Notes under the pieces: generated by a model | Seen by the model: only the letters and a program-made list of their open reading frames with translations | The model's database searches: none | What the model was told of the DNA's origin: nothing | In this document: positions 23,001-34,800 of the stretch, piece after piece | Position numbering within the stretch: the stretch's first letter is position 1 | How the letters are laid out: each line of letters opens with the position of its first letter | Position numbers and translations under genes: made by a program | Source: Eledone cirrhosa | Lineage: Eukaryota | Assembly: GCA_964016885.1 (NCBI GenBank) | Contig: OZ024743.1 | Span: 140,368,001-140,432,000 of the forward strand | DNA: 64,000 bases | Direction of reading: 5' to 3'

Positions 23001-26000
23001 GTGTTTGGTGCTTGGTGTTATATGCTTGGTGTTTGATGCTTGGTGGTTGGTGCTTGGTGTTTGGTGCTTGGTGTTTGATGCTTGGTGCTTGGTGCTTGGT
23101 GTTTGGTGCTTGGTGCTTGGTGTTTGGTGCTTGGTGTTTGGTGCTTGGTGCTTGGTGCTTGGTGCTTGGTGCTTGGTGTTTGGTGGTTGGTGTTTGGTGC
23201 TTGGTGCTTGGTGCTTGGTGCTTGGTGTTTGGTGGTTGGTGTTTGGTGCTTGGTGTTAGGTGTTTGGTGCTTGGTGCTTGGTGTTTGGTGTTTGGTGCTT
23301 GGTGTTTGGTGTTTGGTGCTTGGTGTTTGGTGCTTTTTGCTTGGTGCTTGGTGCTGGGTGTTTGGTGCTTGGTTCTTGGTGTTTGGTGCTGGGTGCTTGG
23401 TGTTTGGTGTTTGGTGTTATATGCTTGGTGTTTGATGCTTGGTGCTTGGTGCTTGGTGTTTGGTGTTTGGTGCTTGGTGTTTGATGCTTGGTGCTTGGTG
23501 CTTGGTGTTTGGTGCTTGGTGCTTGGTGCTTGGTGTTTGGTGCTTGGTGTTTGGTGCTTGGTGTTTGGTGCTTGGTGCTTGGTGCTTGGTGTTTGGTGGT
23601 TGGTGCTTGGTGCTTGGTGTTAGGTGTTTGGTGCTTGGTGCTTGGTGTTTGGTGTTTGGTGCTTGGTGTTTGGTGTTTGGTGTTTGGTGTTTGGTGCTTG
23701 GTACTTGGTGCTTGGTGCTTGGTGTTAGGTGTTTGGTGCTTGGTGTTTGGTGTCTGGTTTTTGGTGCTTGGTGCTTGGTGTTTGGTGCTTGCTGCTGGCT
23801 GCTTGGTGTTTGGTGCTTGGTGATTGGTTCTTGGTGTTTGGTGCTTGGTGTTTGGTGTTTGGTGCTAGGTGCTTGGTGTTTGGTGCTTGGTGCTTGGTGT
23901 TTGTACTTGGTGCTTGGTGCTTGGTTCTCGGTGTTTGGTGCTTGGTGCTTGGTGTTTGGTGCTTGGTGCTTGGTGTTTGGTGCTTGGTGTTTGGTGCTTG
24001 GTGTTTGGTGCTTGGTGCTTGGTGCTTGGTGTTTGGTGCTTGGTGTTTGGTGCTTGGTGTTAGGTGTTTGGTGCTTGGTGCTTGGTGTTAGGTGTTTGGT
24101 GCTTGGTATTTGGTGCTTGGTGTTTGGTGCTTGGTGCTTGGTGCTTGGTGCTTGGTGTTTGGTGGTTGGTGTTTGGTGCTTGGTGTTAGGTGTTTGGTGC
24201 TTGGTGCTTGGTGTTTGGTGTTTGGTGCTTGGTGTTTGGTGTTTGGTGCTTGGTGTTTGGTGCTTTTTGCTTGGTGCTTGGTGCTTGGTGTTTGGTGCTT
24301 GGTTCTTGGTGTTTGGTGCTGGGTGCTTGGTGTTTGGTGTTTGGTGTTATATGCTTGGTGTTTGATGCTTGGTGCTTGGTGCTTGGTGTTTGGTGTTTGG
24401 TGCTTGGTGTTTGATGCTTGGTGCTTGGTGCTTGGTGTTTGGTGCTTGGTGCTTGGTGCTTGGTGTTTGGTGCTTGGTGTTTGGTGCTTGGTATTTGGTG
24501 CTTGGTGCTTGGTGCTTGGTGTTTGGTGGTTGGTGCTTGGTGCTTGGTGTTAGGTGTTTGGTGCTTGGTGCTTGGTGTTTGGTGCTTGGTGTTTGGTGTT
24601 TGGTGTTTGGTGTTTGGTGCTTGGTACTTGGTGCTTGGTGCTTGGTGTTAGGTGTTTGGTGCTTGGTGTTTGGTGTCTGGTTTTTGGTGCTTGGTGCTTG
24701 GTGTTTGGTGCTTGCTGCTGGCTGCTTGGTGTTTGGTGCTTGTTGATTGGTGCTTGGTGTTTGGTGCTAGGTGCTTGGTGTTTGGTGCTTGGTGCTTGGT
24801 GTTTGTACTTGGTGCTTGGTGCTTGGTTCTTGGTGTTTGGTGCTTGGTGCTTGGTGTTTGGTGCTTGGTGCTTGGTGTTTGGTGCTTGGTGTTTGGTGCT
24901 TGGTGTTTGGTGCTTGGTGCTTGGTGCTTGGTGTTTGGTGCTTGGTGTTTGGTGCTTGGTGTTAGGTGTTTGGTGCTTGGTGCTTGGTGTTAGGTGTTTG
25001 GTGCTTGGTGTTTGGTGCTTGGTGTTTGGTGCTTGGTGCTTGGTGCTTGGTGTTTGGTGGTTGGTGTTTGGTGCTTGGTGTTAGGTGTTTGGTGCTTGGT
25101 CCTTGGTGTTTGGTGTTTGGTGCTTGGTGTTTGGTGTTTGGTGCTTGGTGTTTGGTGCTTTTTGCTTGGTGCTTGGTGCTTGGTGTTTGGTGCTTGGTGC
25201 TTGGTGTTTGGTGCTGGGTGCTTGGTGTTTGGTGTTTGGTGTTATATGCTTGGTGTTTGATGCTTGGTGCTTGGTGCTTGGTGTTTGGTGTTTGGTGCTT
25301 GGTGTTTGATGCTTGGTGCTTGGTGCTTGGTGTTTGGTGCTTGGTGCTTGGTGTTTGGTGCTTGGTGCTTGGTGTTTGGTGCTTGGTGTTTGGTGCTTGG
25401 TGTTTGGTGCTTGGTGCTTGGTGCTTGGTGCTTGGTGCTTGGTGTTTGGTGGTTGGTGCTTGGTGCTTGGTGTTAGGTGTTTGGTGCTTGGTGCTTGGAG
25501 TTTGCTGTTTGGTGCTTGGTGTTTGGTGTTTGGTGCTTGGTGTCTGGTGCTTGGTACTTGGTGCTTGGTGCTTGGTGTTAGGTGTTTGGTGCTTGGTGTT
25601 TGGTGTCTGGTTTTTGGTGCTTGGTGCTTGGTGCTTAGTGTTTGGTGCTTGGTGCTTAGTGTTTGGTGCTAGGTGCTTGGTGTTTGGTGCTTGGTGCTTG
25701 GTGTTTGGTGCCTGGTGCTCGGTGTTTGGTGTTTGGTGTTTGGTGCTTGGTGCTTGGTGTTTGGTGTTTGCTGTTTGCTGTTTGTTGTTTGGTGTTTGCT
25801 GTTTGGTGTTTGGTGTTTGCTTTTTGGCGCTTGGTGTTTGATGCTTGGTGCTTGGTGCTTGGTGTTTGGTGCTTCGTGCTTGGTGTTTGGTGTTTGGTGC
25901 TTGGTGCTTGGTGTTTGGTGCTTGCTGCTGGCTGCTTGGTGTTTGGTGCTTGGTGATTGGTGCTTGGTGTTTGGTGCTTGATGTTTGGTGTTTGGTGCTA

Positions 26001-27918
26001 GGTGCTTGGTGTTTGGTGCTTGGTGCCTGGTGTTTGTACTTGGTGCTTGGTGCTTGGTTCTTGGTGTTTGGTGCTTGGTCCTTGGTGTTTGGTGCTTGGT
26101 GCTTGGTGTTTGGTGCTTGGTGTTTGGTGCTTGGTGTTTGGTGTTTGGTGCTTGGTGCTTGGTGTTTGGTGCTTGGTGTTTGGTGCTTGGTGTTAGGTGT
26201 TTGGTGCTTGGTGCTTGGTGTTTGGTGTTTGGTGCTTGGCGTTTGGTGTTTGGTGTTATATGCTTGGTCTTTGATGCTTGGTGCTTGGTGCTTGGTGTTT
26301 GGTGCTTGGTGTTTGATGCTTGGTGCTTGGTGCTTGGTGTTTGGTGCTTGGTGCTTGGTGTTTGTACTTGGTGCTTGGTGCTTGGTTCTTGGTGTTTGGT
26401 GCTTGGTGCTTGGTGTTTGGTGTTTGGTGCTTGGTGTTTGGTGCTTGGTGTTTGGTGCTTGGTGTTTGGTGCTTGGTGCTTGGTGTTTGGTGTTTGGTGC
26501 TTGGTGTTTGGTGCTTGGTGTTTGGTGTTAGGTGTTTGGTGCTTGGTGTTTGGTGTTTGGTGCTTGGCGTTTGGTGCTTGGTGTTTGGTGCTTGGTGTTT
26601 GGTGCTTGGTACTTGGTGCTTGGTGCTTGGTGTTAGGTGTTTGGTGCTTGGTGCTTGGTGTTTGGTTTTTGGTGCTTGGTGCTTGGTGTTTGGTGTTTGG
26701 GGCTTGCTGCTGGCTGCTTGGTGTTTGATGCTTGGTGATTGGTGCTTGGTGTTTTGTGCTTGGTGTTTCGTGCTTGGTGTTTGGTGCTTGGTGCTTGGTG
26801 TTTGGTGCCTGGTGCTTGGTGCTTGGTGTTTGGTGTTTGGTGTTAGGTGCTTGATGCTTGGTGTTTGGTGCTTGGTGCTGGGTGGTTGGTGTTTAGTGCT
26901 TGGTGTTTGGTGCTGGGTGCTTGGTGTTTGGTGCTTGGTGCTTGGTCTTTGGTGCTTGGTGTTTGGTGTTTGGTGCTTGGTGCTTGGTGCTTGGTGTTTG
27001 GTGCTTGGTGCTTGGTGTTTGGTGCTTGGTGCTTAGTGTTTGGTGCTTGGTGCTTAGTGTTTGGTGCTAGGTGGTTGGTGTTTGGTGCTTGGTGCTTGGT
27101 GTTTGGTGCCTGGTGCTTGGTGTTTGGTGTTTGGTGTTTGGTGCTTGGTGCTTGGTGTTTGGTGTTTGCTGTTTGCTGTTTGTTGTTTGGTGTTTGCTGT
27201 TTGGTGTTTGGTGTTTGCTTTTTGGTGTTTGGTGTTTGCTGTATGTTGTTTGCTGTTTGGTGTTTGGTGTTTGGTGTTTCGTGCTTGGTGTTTGGTGCTT
27301 GGTGCTTGGTGTTTGGTGCCTGGTGCTTGGTGCTTGGTGCTTGGTGTTTGGTGTTTGGTGCTTGGTGCTTGGAGTTTGGTGTTTGGTGCTTGGTACTTGG
27401 TGTTTCGTGTTTCGTGTTTGGTTTTTGGTGCTTGGTGCTTGGTGCTTGGTCCTTGGTGTTTGGTGTTTGCTGCTTGGTGTTTGATGCTTGGTGCTTGGTG
27501 CTTGGTGTTTTGTGTTTGGTGCTTGGTGCTTGGTGTTTGGTGCTTGGTGCTTGGTGCTTGGTGTTTGTACTTGGTGCTTGGTGTTTGGTTCTTGGTTCTT
27601 GGTGTTTGGTGTTTGGCGTTTGCTGTTTGGTGCTTGGTGCTTGGTGTTTGGTGCTTGGTGCTTGGTGTTTGGTGCCTGGTGCTTGGTGCTTGGTGTTTGG
27701 TGTTTGGTGCTTGGTGCTTGGTGCTTGGAGTTTGGTGTTTGGTGCTTGGTGCTTTGTGTTTTGTGTTTGGTGTTTGGTTTTTGGTGCTTGGTGCTTGGTT
27801 CTTGGTGTTTGGTGCTGGGTGCTTTGTGTTTGGTGCTTGGTGCTTGGTGTTTGGTGTTTGCTGCTTGGTGTTTGATGCTTGGTGCTTGGTGCTTGGTGTT
27901 TTGTGTTTGGTGCTTGGT
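17099..27918 (+). repeat. ~10.8 kb higher-order tandem duplication, copy 2
   Basis: Matches copy 1 from 6027 onward, with the junction at ~17099. It is 245 bp (35 monomers) shorter near 18060 and 14 bp longer near 20140. The right end is approximate (27860-27918). Confidence 0.93.
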
Positions 27919-30900
27919 TCTTGGTGTATGGTGCTTGGTGCTTGGTACTTGGTGTTTGTACTTGGTGCTTGGTGCTTGGTGTTTGGTTCTTGGTTCTTGG
28001 TGTTTGGTACTTGGTGCTTCGTGCTTGATGTTTGGTGTTTGGTGCTTGGTGTTTGGTGCTTGGTGCTTGGTGCTTGGTGTTAGGTGTTTGGTGCTTGGTC
28101 TTTGGTGTTTGGTGCTTGGTGTTTGGTGTTTGCTGTTTGGTGTTTGGTGTTTGGTGTTTGGTGTTTGCTGTTTGGTGTCTGCTTTTTGGTGTTCAGTGTT
28201 TGCTGTATGGTGTTTGGTGTTTGCTGTTTGGTGTTTGGTCTTTGGTGCTTGGTGTTTGGTGCTTGTTGATTGGTGCTTGGTGTTTGGTGCTAGGTGCTTG
28301 GTGTTTGGTGCTTGGTGCTTGGTGTTTGTACTTGGTGCTTGGTGCTTGGTTCTTGGTGTTTGGTGCTTGGTGCTTGGTGTTTGGTGCTTGGTGCTTGGTG
28401 TTTGTGCTTGGTGTTTGGTGCTTGGTGTTTGGTGCTTGGTGCTTGGTGCTTGGTGTTTGGTGCTTGGTGTTTGGTGCTTGGTGTTAGGTGTTTGGTGCTT
28501 GGTGCTTGGTGTTAGGTGTTTGGTGCTTGGTGTTTGGTGCTTGGTGTTTGGTGCTTGGTGCTTGGTGCTTGGTGCTTGGTGTTTGGTGGTTGGTGTTTGG
28601 TGCTTGGTGTTAGGTGTTTGGTGCTTGGTGCTTGGTGTTTGGTGTTTGGTGCTTGGTGTTTGGTGTTTGGTGCTTGGTGTTTGGTGCTTTTTGCTTGGTG
28701 CTTGGTGCTTGGTGTTTGGTGCTTGGTGCTTGGTGTTTGGTGCTGGGTGCTTGGTGTTTGGTGTTTGGTGTTATATGCTTGGTGTTTGATGCTTGGTGCT
28801 TGGTGCTTGGTGTTTGGTGTTTGGTGCTTGGTGTTTGATGCTTGGTGCTTGGTGCTTGGTGTTTGGTGCTTGGTGCTTGGTGTTTGGTGCTTGGTGCTTG
28901 GTGTTTGGTGCTTGGTGTTTGGTGCTTGGTGTTTGGTGCTTGGTGCTTGGTGCTTGGTGCTTGGTGCTTGGTGTTTGGTGGTTGGTGCTTGGTGCTTGGT
29001 GTTAGGTGTTTGGTGCTTGGTGCTTGGTGTTTGGTGTTTGGTGCTTGGTGTTTGGTGTTTGGTGCTTGGTGTTTGGTGCTTGGTACTTGGTGCTTGGTGC
29101 TTGGTGTTAGGTGTTTGGTGCTTGGTGTTTGGTGTCTGGTTTTTGGTGCTTGGTGCTTGGTGCTTAGTGTTTGGTGCTTGGTGCTTAGTGTTTGGTGCTA
29201 GGTGCTTGGTGTTTGGTGCTTGGTGCTTGGTGTTTGGTGCCTGGTGCTTGGTGTTTGGTGTTTGGTGTTTGGTGCTTGGTGCTTGGTGTTTGGTGTTTGC
29301 TGTTTGCTGTTTGTTGTTTGGTGTTTGCTGTTTGGTGTTTGGTGTTTGCTTTTTGGTGCTTGGTGTTTGATGCTTGGTGCTTGGTGCTTGGTGTTTGGTG
29401 CTTGGTGCTTGGTGTTTGGTGTTTGGTGCTTGGTGCTTGGTGTTTGGTGCTTGCTGCTGGCTGCTTGGTGTTTGGTGCTTGGTGATTGGTGCTTGGTGTT
29501 TGGTGCTTGATGTTTGGTGTTTGGTGCTAGGTGCTTGGTGTTTGGTGCTTGGTGCTTGGTGTTTGTACTTGGTGCTTGGTGCTTGGTTCTTGGTGTTTGG
29601 TGCTTGGTGCTTGGTGTTTGGTGCTTGGTACTTGGTGTTTGGTGCTTGGTGTTTGGTGCTTGGTGTTTGGTGTTTGGTGCTTGGTGCTTGGTGTTTGGTG
29701 CTTGGTGTTTGGTGCTTGGTGTTAGGTGTCTGGTGCTTGGTGCTTGGTGTTTGGTGTTTGGTGCTTGGCGTTTGGTGTTTGGTGTTATATGCTTGGTGTT
29801 TGATGCTTGGTGCTTGGTGCTTGGTGTTTGGTGCTTGGTGTTTGATGCTTGGTGCTTGGTGCTTGGTGTTTGGTGCTTGGTGCTTGGTGTTTGTACTTGG
29901 TGCTTGGTGCTTGGTTCTTGGTGTTTGGTGCTTGGTGCTTGGTGTTTGGTGTTTGGTGCTTGGTGTTTGGTGCTTGGTGTTTGGTGCTTGGTGTTTGGTG
30001 CTTGGTGCTTGGTGTTTGGTGTTTGGTGCTTGGTGTTTGGTGCTTGGTGCTTGGTGCTTAGTGCTTGGTGTTTGGTGCTTGGTGTTAGGTGTTTGGTGCT
30101 TGGTGCTTGGTGTTTGGTGTTTGGTGCTTGGTGTTTGGTGCTTGGTGTTTGGTGTTAGGTGTTTGGTGCTTGGTGTTTGGTGTTTGGTGCTTGGTGTTTG
30201 GTGCTTGGTGTTTGGTGCTTGGTGTTTGGTGCTTGGTACTTGGTGCTTGGTGCTTGGTGTTAGGTGTTTGGTGCTTGGTGCTTGGTGTTTGGTTTTTGGT
30301 GCTTGGTGCTTGGTGTTTGGTGTTTGGGGCTTGCTGCTGGCTGCTTGGTGTTTGATGCTTGGTGATTGGTGCTTGGTGTTTTGTGCTTGGTGTTTCGTGC
30401 TTGGTGTTTGGTGCTTGGTGCTTGGTGTTTGGTGCCTGGTGCTTGGTGCTTGGTGTTTGGTGTTTGGTGTTAGGTGCTTGATGCTTGGTGTTTGGTGCTT
30501 GGTGCTGGGTGGTTGGTGTTTAGTGCTTGGTGTTTGGTGCTGGGTGCTTGGTGTTTGGTGCTTGGTGCTTGGTCTTTGGTGCTTGGTGTTTGGTGTTTGG
30601 TGCTTGGTGCTTGGTGCTTGGTGTTTGGTGCTTGGTGCTTGGTGTTTGGTGCTTGGTGCTTAGTGTTTGGTGCTTGGTGCTTAGTGTTTGGTGCTAGGTG
30701 CTTGGTGTTTGGTGCTTGGTGCTTGGTGTTTGGTGCCTGGTGCTTGGTGTTTGGTGTTTGGTGTTTGGTGCTTGGTGCTTGGTGTTTGGTGTTTGCTGTT
30801 TGCTGTTTGTTGTTTGGTGTTTGCTGTTTGGTGTTTGGTGTTTGCTTTTTGGTGTTTGGTGTTTGCTGTATGTTGTTTGCTGTTTGGTGTTTGGTGTTTG

Positions 30901-31890
30901 GTGTTTCGTGCTTGGTGTTTGGTGCTTGGTGCTTGGTGTTTGGTGCCTGGTGCTTGGTGCTTGGTGCTTGGTGTTTGGTGTTTGGTGCTTGGTGCTTGGA
31001 GTTTGGTGTTTGGTGCTTGGTGCTTGGTGTTTCGTATTTCGTGTTTGGTTTTTGGTGCTTGGTGCTTGGTGCTTGGTCCTTGGTGTTTGGTGTTTGCTGC
31101 TTGGTGTTTGATGCTTGGTGCTTGGTGCTTGGTGTTTTGTGTTTGGTGCTTGGTGCTTGGTGTTTGGTGCTTGGTGCTTGGTGCTTGGTGTTTGTACTTG
31201 GTGCTTGGTGTTTGGTTCTTGGTTCTTGGTGTTTGGTGTTTGGCGTTTGCTGTTTGGTGCTTGGTGCTTGGTGTTTGGTGCTTGGTGCTTGGTGTTTGGT
31301 GCCTGGTGCTTGGTGCTTGGTGTTTGGTGTTTGGTGCTTGGTGCTTCGTGCTTGGAGTTTGGTGTTTGGTGCATGGTGCTTTGTGTTTTGTGTTTGGTGT
31401 TTGGTTTTTGGTGCTTGGTGCTTGGTCCTTGGTGTTTGGTGCTGGGTGCTTTGTGTTTGGTGCTTGGTGCTTGGTGTTTGGTGTTTGCTGCTTGGTGTTT
31501 GATGCTTGGTGCTTGGTGCTTGGTGTTTTGTGTTTGGTGCTTGGTTCTTGGTGTATGGTGCTTGGTGTTTGGTACTTGGTGTTTGTACTTGGTGCTTGGT
31601 GCTTGGTGTTTGGTTCTTGGTTCTTGGTGTTTGGTACTTGGTGTTTCGTGCTTGATGTTTGGTGTTTGGTGCTTGGTGTTTGGTGCTTGGTGCTTGGTGC
31701 TTGGTGTTAGGTGTTTGGTGCTTGGTCTTTGGTGTTTGGTGCTTGGTGTTTGGTGTTTGCTGTTTGGTGTTTGGTGTTTGGTGTTTTGTGTTTGCTGTTT
31801 GGTGTCTGCTTTTTGGTGTTCAGTGTTTGCTGTATGGTGTTTGGTGTTTGCTGTTTGGTGTTTGGTCTTTGGTGCTTGGTGTTTGGTGCT
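24730..31890 (+). repeat. ~3.5-3.6 kb tandem duplication (junction ~28255)
   Basis: ORF pairs 25264/28793, 25663/29192, 26002/29531 and 26320/29849 are offset by 3529. Pairs 26847/30474, 27061/30688, 27488/31115 and 28084/31711 are offset by 3627 (+98 bp = 14 monomers). Marker TTGGGGCTTG is shared at ~26697 and ~30324. Confidence 0.85.
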
Positions 31891-34800
31891 TGGTGCTTGG
31901 TGTTTGGTGTTTGGTGCTTGGTGCTTGGTGTTTGGTGTTTGGTGCTTGGTGTTTGGTGTTTGGTGCTTGGTGTCTGGTGCTTGGTGTTTGGTTTTTGGTG
32001 CTTGGTGTTTGGTGTTTGGTGTTTGGTGTTTGGTGCTTGGTGCTTGGTGTTTGGTGTTTGGTGCTTGGTGTCTGGTGCTTGGTGCTTGGTGCTTGGTGCT
32101 TGGTGTTTGGTGTTTGGTGCTTGGTGTTTGGTGCTTGGTGCTGGGTGGTTGGTGTTTGGTGCTTGGTGTTTGGTGCTGGGTGCTTGGTGTTTGGTGCTGG
32201 GTGCTTGGTGTTTGGTGCTTGGTGCTTGGTCTTTGGTGCTTGGTGCTTGGTGCTTGGTGCTTGGTGCTTGGTGCTTGGTGTTTGGTGCTTGGTGCTTGGT
32301 GTTTGGTGCTTGGTGCTTGGTGTTTGGTTTTTGGTGCTTGGTGCTTGGTGTTTGGTGTTTGGTGCTTGCTGCTGGCTGCTTGGTGTTTGATGCATGGTGA
32401 TTGGTGCTTGGTGTTTGGTGCTTCGTGTTTGGTGTTTGATGCTTGGTGCTTGGTGCTTGGTGTTTGGTGCTTGGTGCTTGGTGTTTGGTGCTTGGTGCTT
32501 GGTGTTTGGTGCTTGGTGTTTGGTGCTTGGTGTTTGGTGCTTGGTGCTTGGTGCTTGGTGCTTGGTGTTTGGTGGTTGGTGCTTGGTGCTTGGTGTTAGG
32601 TGTTTGGTGCTTGGTGCTTGGTGTTTGGTGTTTGGTGCTTGGTGTTTGGTGTTTGGTGCTTGGTGTATGGTGCTTGGTACTTGGTGCTTGGTGCTTGGTG
32701 TTAGGTGTTTGGTGCTTGGTGCTTGGTGTCTGGTTTTTGGTGCTTGGTGCTTGGTGTTTGGTGTTTGGTGCTTGCTGCTGGCTGCTTGGTGTTTGGTGCT
32801 TGGTGATTGGTGCTTGGTGTTTGGTGCTTGGTGTTTGGTGTTTGGTGCTTGGTGATTGGTGTTTGTACTTGGTGCTTGGTGCTTGGTTCTTGGTGTTTGG
32901 TGCTTGGTGCTTGGTGTTTGGTGTTATATGCTTGGTGTTTGATGCTTGGTGCTTGGTGCTTGGTGTTTGGTGTTTGGTGTTTGATGCTTGGTGCTTGGTG
33001 TTTGGTGCTTGGTGCTTGGTGTTTGTACTTGGTGCTTGGTGCTTGGTGCTTGGTGTTTGGTGCTTGGTGCTTGGTGCTTGGTCCTTGGTGCTTGGTGTTT
33101 GGTGGTTGGTGTTTGGTGCTTGGTGTTAGGTGTTTGGTGCTTGGTGCTTGGTGTTTGGTGTTTGGTGCTTGGTGTTTGGTGTTTGGTGCTTGGTATTTGG
33201 TGCTTGGTACTTGGTGCTTGGTGCTTGGTGTTAGGTGTTTGGTGCTTGGTGTTTGGTGCTTGGTGTTTGGTGCTTGGTGCTTGGTGCTTGGTGTTTGCTG
33301 CTTGGTGTTTGATGCTTGGTGCTTGGTGCTTGGTGTTTTGTGTTTGGTGCTTGGTTCTTGGTGTATGGTGCTTGGTGCTTGGTACTTGGTGTTTGTACTT
33401 GGTGCTTGGTGCTTGGTGTTTGGTTCTTGGTTCTTGGTGTTTGGTACTTGGTGCTTCGTGCTTGATGTTTGGTGTTTGGTGCTTGGTGTTTGGTGCTTGG
33501 TGCTTGGTGCTTGGTGTTAGGTGTTTGGTGCTTGGTCTTTGGTGTTTGGTGCTTGGTGTTTGGTGTTTGCTGTTTGGTGTTTGGTGTTTGGTGTTTGGTG
33601 TTTGCTGTTTGGTGTCTGCTTTTTGGTGTTCAGTGTTTGCTGTATGGTGTTTGGTGTTTGCTGTTTGGTGTTTGGTCTTTGGTGCTTGGTGTTTGGTGCT
33701 TGTTGATTGGTGCTTGGTGTTTGGTGCTAGGTGCTTGGTGTTTGGTGCTTGGTGCTTGGTGTTTGTACTTGGTGCTTGGTGCTTGGTTCTTGGTGTTTGG
33801 TGCTTGGTGCTTGGTGTTTGGTGCTTGGTGCTTGGTGTTTGTGCTTGGTGTTTGGTGCTTGGTGTTTGGTGCTTGGTGCTTGGTGCTTGGTGTTTGGTGC
33901 TTGGTGTTTGGTGCTTGGTGTTAGGTGTTTGGTGCTTGGTGCTTGGTGTTAGGTGTTTGGTGCTTGGTGTTTGGTGCTTGGTGTTTGGTGCTTGGTGCTT
34001 GGTGCTTGGTGCTTGGTGTTTGGTGGTTGGTGTTTGGTGCTTGGTGTTAGGTGTTTGGTGCTTGGTGCTTGGTGTTTGGTGTTTGGTGCTTGGTGTTTGG
34101 TGTTTGGTGCTTGGTGTTTGGTGCTTTTTGCTTGGTGCTTGGTGCTTGGTGTTTGGTGCTTGGTGCTTGGTGTTTGGTGCTGGGTGCTTGGTGTTTGGTG
34201 TTTGGTGTTATATGCTTGGTGTTTGATGCTTGGTGCTTGGTGCTTGGTGTTTGGTGTTTGGTGCTTGGTGTTTGATGCTTGGTGCTTGGTGCTTGGTGTT
34301 TGGTGCTTGGTGCTTGGTGTTTGGTGCTTGGTGCTTGGTGTTTGGTGCTTGGTGTTTGGTGCTTGGTGTTTGGTGCTTGGTGCTTGGTGCTTGGTGCTTG
34401 GTGCTTGGTGTTTGGTGGTTGGTGCTTGGTGCTTGGTGTTAGGTGTTTGGTGCTTGGTGCTTGGTGTTTGGTGTTTGGTGCTTGGTGTTTGGTGTTTGGT
34501 GCTTGGTGTTTGGTGCTTGGTACTTGGTGCTTGGTGCTTGGTGTTAGGTGTTTGGTGCTTGGTGTTTGGTGTCTGGTTTTTGGTGCTTGGTGCTTGGTGC
34601 TTAGTGTTTGGTGCTTGGTGCTTAGTGTTTGGTGCTAGGTGCTTGGTGTTTGGTGCTTGGTGCTTGGTGTTTGGTGCCTGGTGCTTGGTGTTTGGTGTTT
34701 GGTGTTTGGTGCTTGGTGCTTGGTGTTTGGTGTTTGCTGTTTGCTGTTTGTTGTTTGGTGTTTGCTGTTTGGTGTTTGGTGTTTGCTTTTTGGTGCTTGG

